NCBI GenBank assembly: GCA_007571305.1
Contig: RKRR01000107.1
Coordinates: 5,638-69,637 of the forward strand
Direction of reading: 5' to 3'
DNA length: 64,000 bases
From: Candidatus Poribacteria bacterium
GTDB taxonomy: Bacteria > Poribacteria > WGA-4E > WGA-3G
This document shows, piece after piece, positions 26,754 through 36,919 of this stretch; within the stretch, counting starts at the first letter, position 1; every line of letters starts with the position of its first letter. The position numbers were made by a program, and so were the translations under genes. The notes below the pieces were generated by a model. That model was not told the DNA's origin. It was given only the letters and a program-made list of their open reading frames with translations, and searched no databases.

Positions 26754-29700
26754 ATGACGGTTGATAATCCGAAAGAGGTTGATGAAGAGGCAACCTCTCT
26801 AAAGCAATCGGACACAGGCAAGCGGTTGGGACTCACGTTCACACCCTATTTTACCGAACCTGGCGTTCATCCTTACGGTGTGTTGGAATGGGAACGCCGC
26901 GACGCAGTCATCTACAACGAAAAGGGTGATGTCATCTTTAAGCAGGAGCAGGTTGAAATCCCGGCAGACTGGACGCAGCTCGCGACAGATATTGCGTCAT
27001 CGAAATATTTCCGAAAAGCCGGAGTTCCCGGTGCACAATCGGAGGACAGTGTTCGCCAATTAGTTACCCGTGTGGCGCGGACGCTCCGTCGCGCAGGCGA
27101 AGAATTCGGTGGATATTTTGCTACCCCCGAAGACGCACAGACATTTGAGATGGAATTGACGCATATCCTCGTTACACAACGGGGTGCTTTCAACTCGCCT
27201 GTTTGGTTTAATTGCGGCTTGTGGCATGAATACGGTATTGAGGGAGGTGGAGGCAACTACTATTGGGACCGAGATTCACAGGAAGTCAAGGTCACTACGA
27301 ATGCGTATGAACACCCGCAAAATTCCGCCTGCTTCATTCAAAGCGTTGATGATTCTCTGGACTCTATGTTGGAGCTTCAGAAATCTGAAGTGCGTCTCTT
27401 TAAATATGGCAGTGGCACAGGCTCCAACTTCAGCAAAGTTCGCGCGAGGAGTGAGCTCCTCTCCGGCGGTGGCGAGAGTTCGGGGGTACTATCATTCCTC
27501 GAAGGCTTCGATCGATGGGCAGGCAGTATCAAATCTGGCGGCACCACAAGGCGAGCAGCGAAAATGGTTATCCTCGACATGGATCACCCAGAAATCGCTG
27601 ATTATATTGATTGGAAGCTCCGCGAAGAGGATAAAGCAAAAGCACTCATCGCGGCGGGATATCCAGCCGATTTCAATGGTGAAGCATACAGCACCGTTAG
27701 TGGACAGAACAGCAATAACTCTGTCCGGATCCCGGATGCGTTCATGAATGCCTACTTACAAGGAGATTCATGGAGAACTACTTACCGGACGAATGGTGAA
27801 GTTGCTGACGAATATGATGCCAGAACACTGATGGAAAAGATCGCCTATGCCGCTTGGGCATGCGCGGATCCCGGTGTCCAGTTTGACAGCACTATTCAGA
27901 AATGGCATACATGTAAGAACACGGATAGGATTAACGCCAGCAACCCCTGCAGCGAATACCTCTTCTTAGACGACTCTGCTTGTAATCTTGCCAGTATCAA
28001 CCTTGCCAAGTTCTTAAGAGATGATGATAGTTTCGACATTGAAGGTTTCCGTGCTACCGTCCGTGTGTTTGTCACTGCGATGGAAATTATAGTTAGTCTC
28101 TCCTCATACCCGACGAAAGATATAGCGCAACGTTCTGAGGAATACCGTCCCATTGGACTCGGCTATGCGAATTTGGGCGCGCTCTTGATGCGTTTAGGTA
28201 TCCCTTACGACAGTGATCAAGCGTGTGTCTATGCGAGTGCTATCACTGCTATCCTGAGCGGACAGGGGTACCACACAAGTGCAGAGATCGCCGAGAGCAT
28301 CGGGGCTTTTGATGGCTACGCGAAGAATCGAGACTCGATGTTAGATGTGATGCGGCTGCACCGCGATGCCGCCCATGATATTGACCCGATCGCATGTCCG
28401 CCGGATCTTTTAGAAGCAGCAAAGACAGATTGGAACACCTGCCTCGAAAAAGGTGAACAGTGGGGCTATCGAAATTCCCAAATTAGTGTCATCGCTCCGA
28501 CCGGAACGATCTCCTTTTTGATGGATTGCGACACAACGGGAATTGAACCGGAGTTTGCTCTCGTCAAATTCAAAAAGTTGGCAGGTGGTGGATACATGAA
28601 GATTGTCAACCAGAGCGTTCGAGATGCCCTGCACAACTTAGATTACACACTCCAGCAGACAGAGGCGATTATTACATATATTGTCGGAACAGGCACTTTT
28701 GAAGGGACACCGAACATCAACGCGGATACATTGAAGCGGAAAGGCTTCACCCCGGAGGACATCGCCCGCGTTGCAGAGATGTTACCGAGTGCGTTCGACC
28801 TGAACCTCGCTTTTGCCCCGGGATTCCTCGGAGAAGCGTGTCTTGAGCGGTTAGGTATCACCGAAGAAGAAGCAGCAGATTCTAGCTTTGATCTCCTTTC
28901 TGCAATTGGATTTAGCGAAGATGAAATTAGTATCGCTGAAGAAGTCATCTGTGGTACAGGCACGGTTGAGGGTGCCCCGCATCTCTCACCGACACACTAC
29001 GCCGTTTTCGATTGTGCTGTCCAATGTGGGAAGCATGGGACTCGTTATATAAATCACATGGGGCCCTTGAAAATGATGGCGGCTGTGCAACCCTTTATCT
29101 CTGGTGCTATCTCCAAGACTGTCAACGTCCCACACGACGCAACGGTGGATGACATCAAGACGTTATACTTGGAAGCGTGGCGACGCGGTGTCAAATGTCT
29201 CGCCGTTTATCGTGATGGTAGCAAAGGCAGCCAACCGCTTTCAACCCGAAGCCAACAGGATGCGGAGAGTGAAACCGATGAGGCTATTGCAGATGCTCTC
29301 ACTGAACGTCCCATCAGAAAACGTCTCTCAGACACGCGTACTTCTCTAACGCACAAATTTAGCGTCGGTGGTCATGAAGGCTACATTCATGTTGGGTTTT
29401 ATGAAGATGGTAGCCCCGGAGAAGTCTTCCTTCGCATGAGTAAAGAAGGGACAGCCGTTTCTGGACTAATGGATTCTGTTGCGGTCCTCACCTCTATTGC
29501 GTTGCAGTACGGTGTGCCATTAGAATCACTCGTTAATAAATTCAGTCACGTCCGGTTTGAACCGTCAGGCTTTACACCGAACCCCGACATCCCGATAGCG
29601 AAGTCGATTATAGATTACGTTTTCCGGTGGCTCGGCACACAGTTTCTCGATCAGGAACCACAGAAAGAATCCAACGTCATAGATATGGATGGAGAGATGG

Positions 29701-29891
29701 TCCCTCCCAAGGAACTGCACCCTTATGGACATGACAGTAAGGGAGAAACGGATTCATGGTTGGCGCATGAGAAGCAAATTTCGCTGCAACATGCAGATGC
29801 CCCGCCGTGTTTTGAATGTGGTTCCCTTATGGTGAGAAGCGGTGTCTGCTATCGCTGTGCGAATTGCGGCGCAACGAGCGGATGTTCCTAA
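26754..29891 (+). CDS. nrdJ: Adenosylcobalamin-dependent (class II) ribonucleotide reductase with C-terminal TSCPD domain
   Basis: AFNSPVWFN, SACFI, SNPCSEY, ACNLASINL, IAPTGTISF, GAISKTVN, YRDGSK; C-terminal CFECG...CANCGATSGCS. Start 26754 or 26748 after GAGG. Confidence 0.95.
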   Translation: MTVDNPKEVDEEATSLKQSDTGKRLGLTFTPYFTEPGVHPYGVLEWERRDAVIYNEKGDVIFKQEQVEIPADWTQLATDIASSKYFRKAGVPGAQSEDSVRQLVTRVARTLRRAGEEFGGYFATPEDAQTFEMELTHILVTQRGAFNSPVWFNCGLWHEYGIEGGGGNYYWDRDSQEVKVTTNAYEHPQNSACFIQSVDDSLDSMLELQKSEVRLFKYGSGTGSNFSKVRARSELLSGGGESSGVLSFLEGFDRWAGSIKSGGTTRRAAKMVILDMDHPEIADYIDWKLREEDKAKALIAAGYPADFNGEAYSTVSGQNSNNSVRIPDAFMNAYLQGDSWRTTYRTNGEVADEYDARTLMEKIAYAAWACADPGVQFDSTIQKWHTCKNTDRINASNPCSEYLFLDDSACNLASINLAKFLRDDDSFDIEGFRATVRVFVTAMEIIVSLSSYPTKDIAQRSEEYRPIGLGYANLGALLMRLGIPYDSDQACVYASAITAILSGQGYHTSAEIAESIGAFDGYAKNRDSMLDVMRLHRDAAHDIDPIACPPDLLEAAKTDWNTCLEKGEQWGYRNSQISVIAPTGTISFLMDCDTTGIEPEFALVKFKKLAGGGYMKIVNQSVRDALHNLDYTLQQTEAIITYIVGTGTFEGTPNINADTLKRKGFTPEDIARVAEMLPSAFDLNLAFAPGFLGEACLERLGITEEEAADSSFDLLSAIGFSEDEISIAEEVICGTGTVEGAPHLSPTHYAVFDCAVQCGKHGTRYINHMGPLKMMAAVQPFISGAISKTVNVPHDATVDDIKTLYLEAWRRGVKCLAVYRDGSKGSQPLSTRSQQDAESETDEAIADALTERPIRKRLSDTRTSLTHKFSVGGHEGYIHVGFYEDGSPGEVFLRMSKEGTAVSGLMDSVAVLTSIALQYGVPLESLVNKFSHVRFEPSGFTPNPDIPIAKSIIDYVFRWLGTQFLDQEPQKESNVIDMDGEMVPPKELHPYGHDSKGETDSWLAHEKQISLQHADAPPCFECGSLMVRSGVCYRCANCGATSGCS

Positions 29892-29913
29892 TTTTCTGTT
29901 TCAACAGATTATC

Positions 29914-29945
29914 GGCGCGCTTTACAAGCGCGCCTCTTTTTTTTC
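29914..29945 (+). terminator. Rho-independent terminator after nrdJ
   Basis: GGCGCGCT-TTACA-AGCGCGCC followed by TCTTTTTTTT. Confidence 0.8.
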
Positions 29946-29949
29946 GATC

Positions 29950-30184
29950 CTATTTTTTATTTAAAAAGGTCAGGAGCCCCAGCAGTTCGTAGCGTCCGTT
30001 GTTATAGTAGAATCCGACAATAAATTTACACTTGTAGCATAGCCTGTTAGGCTGTGCCATCAGAACATATCACTTCATAGCCCACACGATGCTACAAGTG
30101 TCCAAGTAATTACGAAATCTACTATAACCTGCGCCCGAAGCTGCACAACCTAACAGGCTATGCTACATCACTGACAACTTGGGT
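29950..30184. mobile_element. 5'-truncated MITE family C copy interrupted by a family A MITE
   Basis: Right end CAACTTGGGT at 30175-30184; internal sequence matches the other C copies on both sides of the insertion. Confidence 0.65.
30005..30124. mobile_element. MITE family A, copy 2 (nested)
   Basis: TAGTAGAATCCGACAATA / TAATTACGAAATCTACTA ends flanked by TA...TA; the uninterrupted site GTTGT-TA-ACCTGCG is present at about 30823-30836 on the minus strand. Confidence 0.85.
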
Positions 30185-30257
30185 TATCTATAGAAGGACT
30201 CTCCGAATTCCAACTCTTACTGACCGCTGATGGCTGATTGCCCACATACCAATTTCA

Positions 30258-30286
30258 TTGCTTTAAGCGAATAGATAGGTTATAAT
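30258..30286 (+). promoter_or_regulatory. sigma70 promoter of rnpB
   Basis: TTGCTT, 17 nt, TATAAT directly upstream of the RNA. Confidence 0.8.
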
Positions 30287-30296
30287 AGAAAGACTT

Positions 30297-30645
30297 GAGT
30301 TGAGTAGATGGTTGCGTCCCGATCGGAATCTTACCATCGGGATGAGGAAAGTCCGGACTCCACAGGGCAGGATGCTGGGTAACACCCAGGAGCGGCGACG
30401 CTATGGAAAGTGCAACAGAGAGTAGACTACAACGCCTCAAAGCGTTGTACAGGTGAAACGGTGCGGTAAAAGCGCACCAGTCCATAAGGTGACTTATGGA
30501 GCTCGGTAAACCCCATCTGGAGCAAGGTAAATGAGGGAATATACAGGTGTGCCCATCTCGTCCCCAGGTAACCGCTTGAGGTGGATGGTAACATCCATCC
30601 CAGATGAATGACCATCATATACAGAATCCGGCTTATTCTCAACTC
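30297..30645 (+). ncRNA. rnpB: RNase P RNA (bacterial type A)
   Basis: GAGGAAAGTCCGGACTCC, GGAAAGTGCAACAGA, GGTGAAACGGTGCGGTAAAAGCGCACC, GGTAAACCCC, ACAGAATCCGGCTTA; P1 pairing GAGTTGAG / CTCAACTC. Confidence 0.97.
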
Positions 30646-30771
30646 AAGTCTTCATTTTGTTTATCGCAAAGTTCAGAATTGCGCAGTCAAGTGCCACTTC
30701 GGATATTCCTGCTGAACTGCTCGCGATCGTTGTTGTTTTCTTTTGAACGTGAGGATGTATTTCATAGAGTA

Positions 30772-30865
30772 ACTCAAGTTACCACCTTTGTAGCATAACC
30801 TGTTAGGTTGTGCGTCTTCGCACGCAGGTTAACAACGGACGCTACGAAACGCTGCGGATCCTGAG
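30772..30865. mobile_element. Partial MITE family C copy (reverse orientation)
   Basis: Degenerate end ACTCAAGTTA, REP core, and GGATCC-containing body matching the other C copies. Confidence 0.6.
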
Positions 30866-30871
30866 CGTGTT

Positions 30872-32467
30872 TCAAGAGTTCGCTGTTTTTTCTTTTCCGT
30901 ATCCACCGCCACCCGGCGTTTCTATCCGAATGACATTACCCTCGCGAGTAGAAACGGATACCTTGCCGGCTAAGAGTTGTTCCTCTCCGTCAGAAATTAG
31001 AACGTTGCACCCTGGAGTTCCCGGTTTCCCTCCTTGTAAGCCGTAGGGGCCCCGTGTTCGGCGTTCTGAAAGGATAGTGACCTCCGCGTCTGTCAGAAGT
31101 CGCAGTGCCCGAATGACACCTGCACCGCCTCGGAATTTCCCCGTACCACCTGTTCCACGTCGAATTGCATACGCCGCCACCTGCATCGGATAGTTCGTCT
31201 CAATTGCCTCTATAGGTGTGTTCATCGTATTGGTCATGTGCGTATGGATGGCATCAATCCCGTCTCGACCTGGGCGTGCCCCCATCCCCCCTGCAATCGT
31301 CTCGTAATAAGTAAATTCCTTCCCACGCGAAACATCATATCCTCCTATCGTGAGATTATTCATGGTCCCGGAACTCGCAGCGGGAATCTGATCAGGACAG
31401 GCTTGCGCCAATGCTCCGAGCAGAACATCAACAATACGTTGTGATGTTTCGACATTTCCTCCTGCAACCGCCGCCGGAAACTTTGCGTTCACAACGGTTC
31501 CCGCGGGTGCGACGACTCGGATCGGCTCTAAACATCCAGCATTGGCAGGAACGTCTGCCCCAGCAATACAGCGAAAGGCATAAAAAACAGCGGAGAGCGT
31601 GATCGCGTAAATCGCGTTAACTGAACCTCGGGCCTGTTGAGCCGTGCCAGTGAAATCGACGAGGGCGGTGTCATCCTCAATCTCAATCGCAACCCGTATC
31701 TCAATAGGTTCATCAGTGATGCCGTCATTATCAAGCATATCAACGTATGTATAACATCCATTCGGGATTTCTCGAAGGCGTGCCCGAACCATCCGACTCG
31801 CATACGCTCGCAGTTCCTGCATGTATTCCGTAATCTCTGGTGCGCCATATTTACCCATCATCTCCCGGAGTCGCCGTTCACCGACCCGGTTTGCTGCCAC
31901 CTGTGCTTCCATATCACCGCGACGTTCCTCAGGTGTGCGGACATTCGCGAGAATCAGCTCCCAGAGATCGGTGTCCAATTCTCCACCTCGGATGAGCTTA
32001 ATGGGTGGAATTCGGATACCTTCCTGAATTACACTCGTCGCAATAGGCATTGAACCGGGGGTCATTCCACCTACATCTGCGTGATGTGCGCGATTCGCCA
32101 CAAAGAAGACAGGACGAGCTTCTGCCCCATCCATATCCTCATTTGAGAAGATAGGTGCGACGAGCGTGATATCCGGTAAATGGGTCCCACCGCGGTATGG
32201 ATCATTAAGAGCAATCATATCGCCGGGTGCCATTTCTGTATGGGCAATAGCCGCGAGCACCGAAAGTGGCATAGAGCCGAGATGCACAGGAATATGCGCG
32301 GCTTGTGCAACCATCTTACCGGTATTATCAAACACGGCACATGAAAAATCAAGTCGTTCCTTGATGTTGGGTGAGAACGCCGTACACTGTAGTGTTACAC
32401 CCATTTCCTCGGCAACCGAGGTCAGCATATTTTTGTAAAGTTCTAATTTGATAGGATCTGTGTTCAT
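30872..32467 (-). CDS. Hydantoinase B / 5-oxoprolinase beta-subunit family protein
   Basis: SPNIKERLDFSCA, HIPVHLGSM, NDPYRGGTHLPD, RAHHADVGG, GNVETSQR, THMTNTMNTP, ETPGGGGYG. ATG at 32467; the track start at 32533 lies inside the IS remnant. Confidence 0.92.
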   Translation of the reverse strand: MNTDPIKLELYKNMLTSVAEEMGVTLQCTAFSPNIKERLDFSCAVFDNTGKMVAQAAHIPVHLGSMPLSVLAAIAHTEMAPGDMIALNDPYRGGTHLPDITLVAPIFSNEDMDGAEARPVFFVANRAHHADVGGMTPGSMPIATSVIQEGIRIPPIKLIRGGELDTDLWELILANVRTPEERRGDMEAQVAANRVGERRLREMMGKYGAPEITEYMQELRAYASRMVRARLREIPNGCYTYVDMLDNDGITDEPIEIRVAIEIEDDTALVDFTGTAQQARGSVNAIYAITLSAVFYAFRCIAGADVPANAGCLEPIRVVAPAGTVVNAKFPAAVAGGNVETSQRIVDVLLGALAQACPDQIPAASSGTMNNLTIGGYDVSRGKEFTYYETIAGGMGARPGRDGIDAIHTHMTNTMNTPIEAIETNYPMQVAAYAIRRGTGGTGKFRGGAGVIRALRLLTDAEVTILSERRTRGPYGLQGGKPGTPGCNVLISDGEEQLLAGKVSVSTREGNVIRIETPGGGGYGKEKTANS

Positions 32468-32475
32468 TGTATCTA

Positions 32476-33195
32476 ACTGGAGTTTGATAAATAAGAGAAA
32501 TATTTTTGTATAAAGAGACCCTTTTGGTATCATGAAGTTATCCGATTTCTATACCCAAAAGGAGTTCTCTCGTGAGTATTGTATCACTTTTCTGCAAGTA
32601 GACGACTTTTTTCTCCTGTATGAAGCATATATCCGCCGACACTGCCTTCCGAGCGAGGCGGCTTCTGAAACCCGGGGGTGTTCGAGATACCTCCATTCGA
32701 GCGAAGTGATGACGATCTTGATCGCTTTTCATCAAAGGAACTATCGGACATCGAAACACTTTTCTCTCAAACACGTCTGCGTTTATTGGCCTGAGGCGTT
32801 TCCGAACCGGATGAGTTATTCTGGGCTCGTGCAGTGAAGGAAAGAAGTTTTGATACTTTTACGGTTTTATCTTCCCACGCGCCTCGGTGCCTGTAGCGGG
32901 GTGTCCTTCGTGGACTCAACACGGTTGTGGGTCTACGAGAACAAGCGGATTGCCTCACATAAGGTTTTCGCAGGGAAAGCGGATGCTCGTTGAATCAGTG
33001 ATCCGGGAACTGAAAATACAGATGCAGTTAGAACACACCCAGCATAGATGTTTTGAAAACTTCCAAGTCCATGTGTTCTCTGCTTTGATTGCTTATCAAA
33101 TGCTAGAGAACAAACCCTCGTTGAACTTCCATGAACTTCAGCAAAGCAAGGACTTCCCTATACTCAGCAACTACTAACTTTTTTCAAACTCACGT
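32476..33195 (+). mobile_element. IS982-family insertion sequence remnant
   Basis: Imperfect TIRs ACTGGAGTTTGATAAA (32476) / TTTTTCAAACTCACGT (to 33195) enclosing a degraded transposase; 720 bp, shorter than the roughly 1 kb typical of IS982. Confidence 0.7.
32572..33177 (+). pseudogene. IS982-family transposase pseudogene
   Basis: VDDF, SEVMTILIAFHQRNYRTSKHF, GVSFVDST, KRIASHKVFAG and VESV...LEHTQHR...SALIAY...KPSL segments; frameshift near the GTG start, in-frame TGA at 32835, and most of the catalytic core deleted. Confidence 0.8.
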
Positions 33196-33292
33196 TATAA
33201 AAGAGTGCGCAAGACTCCATATTAGACAAGTTAAAAACAAACAACGGGCATCACTGTCCGTTGTTTGTTATTTGCAGTCTGTTGCGGTGAGA

Positions 33293-33754
33293 TCATTTCT
33301 GCTCAAATTCCTTAAGGAATCCGATAAACTCCCGACGATGTTTTTCTTCATCGGCGAGGAGTTTGATACAGAGGTCTTGTGTGACGTAGTCTACTCCATC
33401 GCACATGCGGATAATCTTATTGTATTGGTCGCACGCGAGATTCTCTGTCTCAATAACCCCTGTGATCGTTGAAACAATATCTGTTGAATCTTCCGGTGGC
33501 TGAAGTGATGCCTGCTCCGCTTTAAAACCGAACGACCCCGGCACTCTACCGCCGATTTCTTTGATACGTTGTGCCAATTCTTGGGCATGTGTTAGTTCTG
33601 CTTCGATGTCTGTTGCAAGAGACTTCTTAATTTCTTCAGCGCGGATACCGTCCAAATCGACAGAAATCGCAATATAGTTGATGGTTGCCTCTACCTCAAG
33701 CCAATAGGCACGGGTGAGTTCTTTAATGATTGCGTTGCTTGTTACTTGATTCAT
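33293..33754 (-). CDS. Ferritin-like (bacterioferritin/DPSL-type) di-iron protein
   Basis: LEVEATINY, EAELTHAQELAQRIKEIGG, ETENLACDQY, DEEKH four-helix-bundle ligands. Confidence 0.85.
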   Translation of the reverse strand: MNQVTSNAIIKELTRAYWLEVEATINYIAISVDLDGIRAEEIKKSLATDIEAELTHAQELAQRIKEIGGRVPGSFGFKAEQASLQPPEDSTDIVSTITGVIETENLACDQYNKIIRMCDGVDYVTQDLCIKLLADEEKHRREFIGFLKEFEQK

Positions 33755-34334
33755 GGTGTGTCTCCTATGTAGAGGGTTATATTCTAATTAAACTGATATT
33801 TCTCAAAAGCACTCGGAAGTCAGTATCTATCAAGAGTCTCTCAATACGCGGTTATGAAATGCTACTTGATAGACCTCTATTCTGTGAAAAAATGCCTTGT
33901 TTTCAATAAAAAAATAGAATGAAATCGCCCATTAAATGGGTTTTTTATTCGTATCTCGTATTGATGTTATTAGGTTTAGAGGCATTAGAAAACTTCACTC
34001 CCGTAAAATGTGTGAGTTTGTTTTCACGAAGTCAATGGCCATAGGGATAAAAAGTTGAATTTGTCCTTATTTTTCACATGGGTCGAGCAATTGTGAGAAA
34101 TATCAGAATCAACATTTAAAAGTTACTTGCATTTTAACACCTTGTCTTACTAACATGCAAGGAGAGATTCGTTAGGATACGGGCATTCAGTTCTTTTGTA
34201 GGGACGGTGGAAACACCTAAACAAAACACTTCTATTCCCAACATATCCCTCATAAGAGTTCCTCAACTCACAATTCTGTCTGTGAATAAAGAAAATCTCG
34301 AAAACTCAACGATCCCACGTTAGGAGGACTACAC

Positions 34335-35300
34335 ATGAAAAAAGTCAATATTGCCCTAATCGGCGCGGGCGGGATGGCGAACAGTGTCCACTACCCGTCG
34401 CTTAGAGAGTGTGAAGATGTCAATCTTGTTGGATTATGTGATATGGTCCCATCAAAACTTCAGGCAACAGCGGAACGTTTTGAGATTGAGGAAACATTCA
34501 CTGACTATAAACAGATGCTTGAGAAGACGAGCCCTGACGCGGTATATATCCTAATGCCGCCGCAACATCTATTCCCGCTTGTCATCCACTGTCTCTCACA
34601 ACAGCACCACGTCTTTATTGAGAAACCCCCGGGTGTCACACTTCACCAAACCAAGGAAATGGCACGCGCCGCAGAGAAAAACGACTGTAAGTCAATGGTA
34701 GGTTTCAATCGTCGCTTTATCCCACTCTTGCGAGAGGTCAAAACAATCGTCGAAAAGCAAGGTACGATCATTCAGTGCATGTCAACCTTCCACAAAAATA
34801 CACCGGACGCACGTTATTACGACGGTGTGATAGACGTTTTAACATGTGATGCAATTCATGCCGTGGATGCCCTCCGATGGCTTGGCGGCGGTGAAGTGAA
34901 AGCCGTTGCGAGCGACATCAACAGTTTCTACTCCGAACGCGAAAACAGTTTCAACGCGCTTGTTAAATTTACCAGTGGTGCATCAGGTTATCTGTGCACC
35001 AACTGGGCAGTTGGAGGGCGTATCCATACATTTGAGATGCATGCGCGTGAGATTTCCGCCTATATCAACCCCGACCCCGGCGGACGCGCCATCCTTCATA
35101 CACCGAATGGCACAACTGAAATCACCCCTGAAGATGCCGCTGGATCCGATGCCTCACACAGGGCTTACGGATTTTATGGAGAAAGCAGACATTTCGTCGA
35201 CTCTATTCAACAGAACCAGCAACCGTTAACCTGCTTCGAGGACGCGGTCAAGACGATGGAACTCGTGACGGCTATCTATCAAAACCGGATAGATACTTGA
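34335..35300 (+). CDS. Gfo/Idh/MocA-family oxidoreductase
   Basis: IALIGAGGMA, HVFIEKP, VGFNRRF, DAIHAVDALRWL; AGGAGG RBS. Confidence 0.92.
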   Translation: MKKVNIALIGAGGMANSVHYPSLRECEDVNLVGLCDMVPSKLQATAERFEIEETFTDYKQMLEKTSPDAVYILMPPQHLFPLVIHCLSQQHHVFIEKPPGVTLHQTKEMARAAEKNDCKSMVGFNRRFIPLLREVKTIVEKQGTIIQCMSTFHKNTPDARYYDGVIDVLTCDAIHAVDALRWLGGGEVKAVASDINSFYSERENSFNALVKFTSGASGYLCTNWAVGGRIHTFEMHAREISAYINPDPGGRAILHTPNGTTEITPEDAAGSDASHRAYGFYGESRHFVDSIQQNQQPLTCFEDAVKTMELVTAIYQNRIDT

Positions 35301-35321
35301 ACAACCAGACCGTAAAACAGA

Positions 35322-35350
35322 TTGGCACGTTTCTTGCTACGCATTATAAT
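35322..35350 (+). promoter_or_regulatory. sigma70-type promoter at the head of the dcw cluster
   Basis: TTGGCA (35322-35327), 17 nt, TATAAT (35345-35350), 22 nt upstream of the rsmH ATG. Confidence 0.65.
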
Positions 35351-35372
35351 AGTTAGGCCACTCGTGAAAGCC

Positions 35373-36332
35373 ATGGATACACACCACATATCAGTTTTAT
35401 GTAATAAAGTGATTGACTTTCTCAGTCCAAAATCGGATGGTGTCTACATAGATGGCACTGTCGGATTAGGGGGACACAGTGCTGCTATTTTAGAGGCTTC
35501 TGCACCGAATGGACGTGTGATCGGAATTGATTTAGATGTCGAGGCTCTCACTATCGCAGAAGGTAGATTCCACATCTTTGGGGATCGCTATTCTTTCATC
35601 AACGGTAATTTTGCTGAGATGGATGCCTTACTGGCAAAACACTCGGTTCCTGCCGTAGACGGTATCCTGCTGGACTTAGGGGTGTCTTCCCTACAATTGG
35701 ACACACCACACCGTGGTTTCAGTTTTAATCATACGGGTCCGTTAGATATGCGCATGAATTCACGGCAGATGTTAAATAACGAGCAGGAAGCGGAAACCCT
35801 TACAGCTATGCAGGTAGTGAACAACAGTCCAATGGATGTCCTCATTGATATTTTCAAACGGTATGGCGAAGAACGATTTGCGAAACGGATTGCCCATCGG
35901 ATTATACAAACGAGACAAGAAACACCAATAACGACGACAACACAACTCGCAGAGATTGTCAAGAGAACCGTTTCTAAGGGTGTATTCAAGATCCATCCTG
36001 CGACTCGTGTATTTCAGGCACTTCGCATTTATATCAACTCCGAATTGGAAAATCTTGAGATGGGTTTGGACGCTGCGATACAGCTTTTGAAACCGGGCGG
36101 TTGCCTGTGCGTTATTACGTTTCATTCGCTTGAAGATAGAATAGTCAAACACCGTTTCCAGACATGCGCACGGGCGTGTGTCTGTCCACCGAAAACGCCG
36201 ATCTGTATTTGTGAACACACTGCATCTTTGGAAATTCTCACGAAGCGTCCTATATTACCAGGTGCTGTTGAAGTTCAACATAACCCGCGAGCACGGAGTG
36301 CTAAATTGCGCGTCGCTCGCAAATTGTTTTGA
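35373..36332 (+). CDS. rsmH: 16S rRNA m4C1402 methyltransferase
   Basis: HISVL, DGTVGLGGHS, LLDLGVSSLQLD, PLDMRM, HPATRVFQALRI, ITFHSLEDRIVK, NPRARSAKLR. Confidence 0.96.
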   Translation: MDTHHISVLCNKVIDFLSPKSDGVYIDGTVGLGGHSAAILEASAPNGRVIGIDLDVEALTIAEGRFHIFGDRYSFINGNFAEMDALLAKHSVPAVDGILLDLGVSSLQLDTPHRGFSFNHTGPLDMRMNSRQMLNNEQEAETLTAMQVVNNSPMDVLIDIFKRYGEERFAKRIAHRIIQTRQETPITTTTQLAEIVKRTVSKGVFKIHPATRVFQALRIYINSELENLEMGLDAAIQLLKPGGCLCVITFHSLEDRIVKHRFQTCARACVCPPKTPICICEHTASLEILTKRPILPGAVEVQHNPRARSAKLRVARKLF

Positions 36333-36529
36333 CGGCGATTTTTGGTTAAACCCTTTCATCTTTGCGAAAGTAGATGAATTTTACAATTATGATGTATCTT
36401 AACCACAATATCCAACGTTGAAATAAGAAAGTTCTGCCACCTAAATAAATACGCGCGGAAAAGTTATAAAAGGGATGTAGGGTTGAAGTATAGCGTCCGT
36501 TCTCTAACGCCATTTAGGTAGTTAAATAG

Positions 36530-36856
36530 ATGCAAACATTACATAACAGTCATTCGGCACGCATTACGAATACAGAAGACCCAAAACCGAAAAAAAGATT
36601 CCCGTTAGCGTATATTGTTCTGGTGTTATCTTTCTGTACCTTCGCTGGCAGCATCTGGTTCTCATCTTACGCCAAGAAGGTTGCTTTGCAACGACAACCT
36701 ACTTACGAGAGACAGAAGCGTCAAGTTCAGGACGAAATTCATCAACTTGAACTGAAAGAATCAACTTTAACTGGCGTGCAAAGGATTCGGAAAATCGCGA
36801 CTGAATTCGGAATGGTTGAACCTACAGAAGTCTCACAGGTAGTCTGGGATAAATAG
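36530..36856 (+). CDS. ftsL: Cell division protein FtsL (putative)
   Basis: 108 aa, single TM plus coiled coil, RIRKIATEFGMVEP; located between rsmH and ftsI. Confidence 0.7.
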   Translation: MQTLHNSHSARITNTEDPKPKKRFPLAYIVLVLSFCTFAGSIWFSSYAKKVALQRQPTYERQKRQVQDEIHQLELKESTLTGVQRIRKIATEFGMVEPTEVSQVVWDK

Positions 36857-36919
36857 TTTAAACTTTCAAGGCTAAGGTGCCTTTTTTCCTCTACTGGAAG
36901 GTCCTCAAATCTATATTAA

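Noticed and set aside
28560-29050. Intein in NrdJ
   Set aside because: The insertion after APTGT lacks C/S...HN-C splicing motifs and resembles the usual insert of long class II enzymes.
33755-34334. sRNA or hidden gene in the 580-bp AT-rich divergent spacer
   Set aside because: No ORF of 60 aa or more, no recognisable RNA motif and no strong terminator; best explained as a promoter region.
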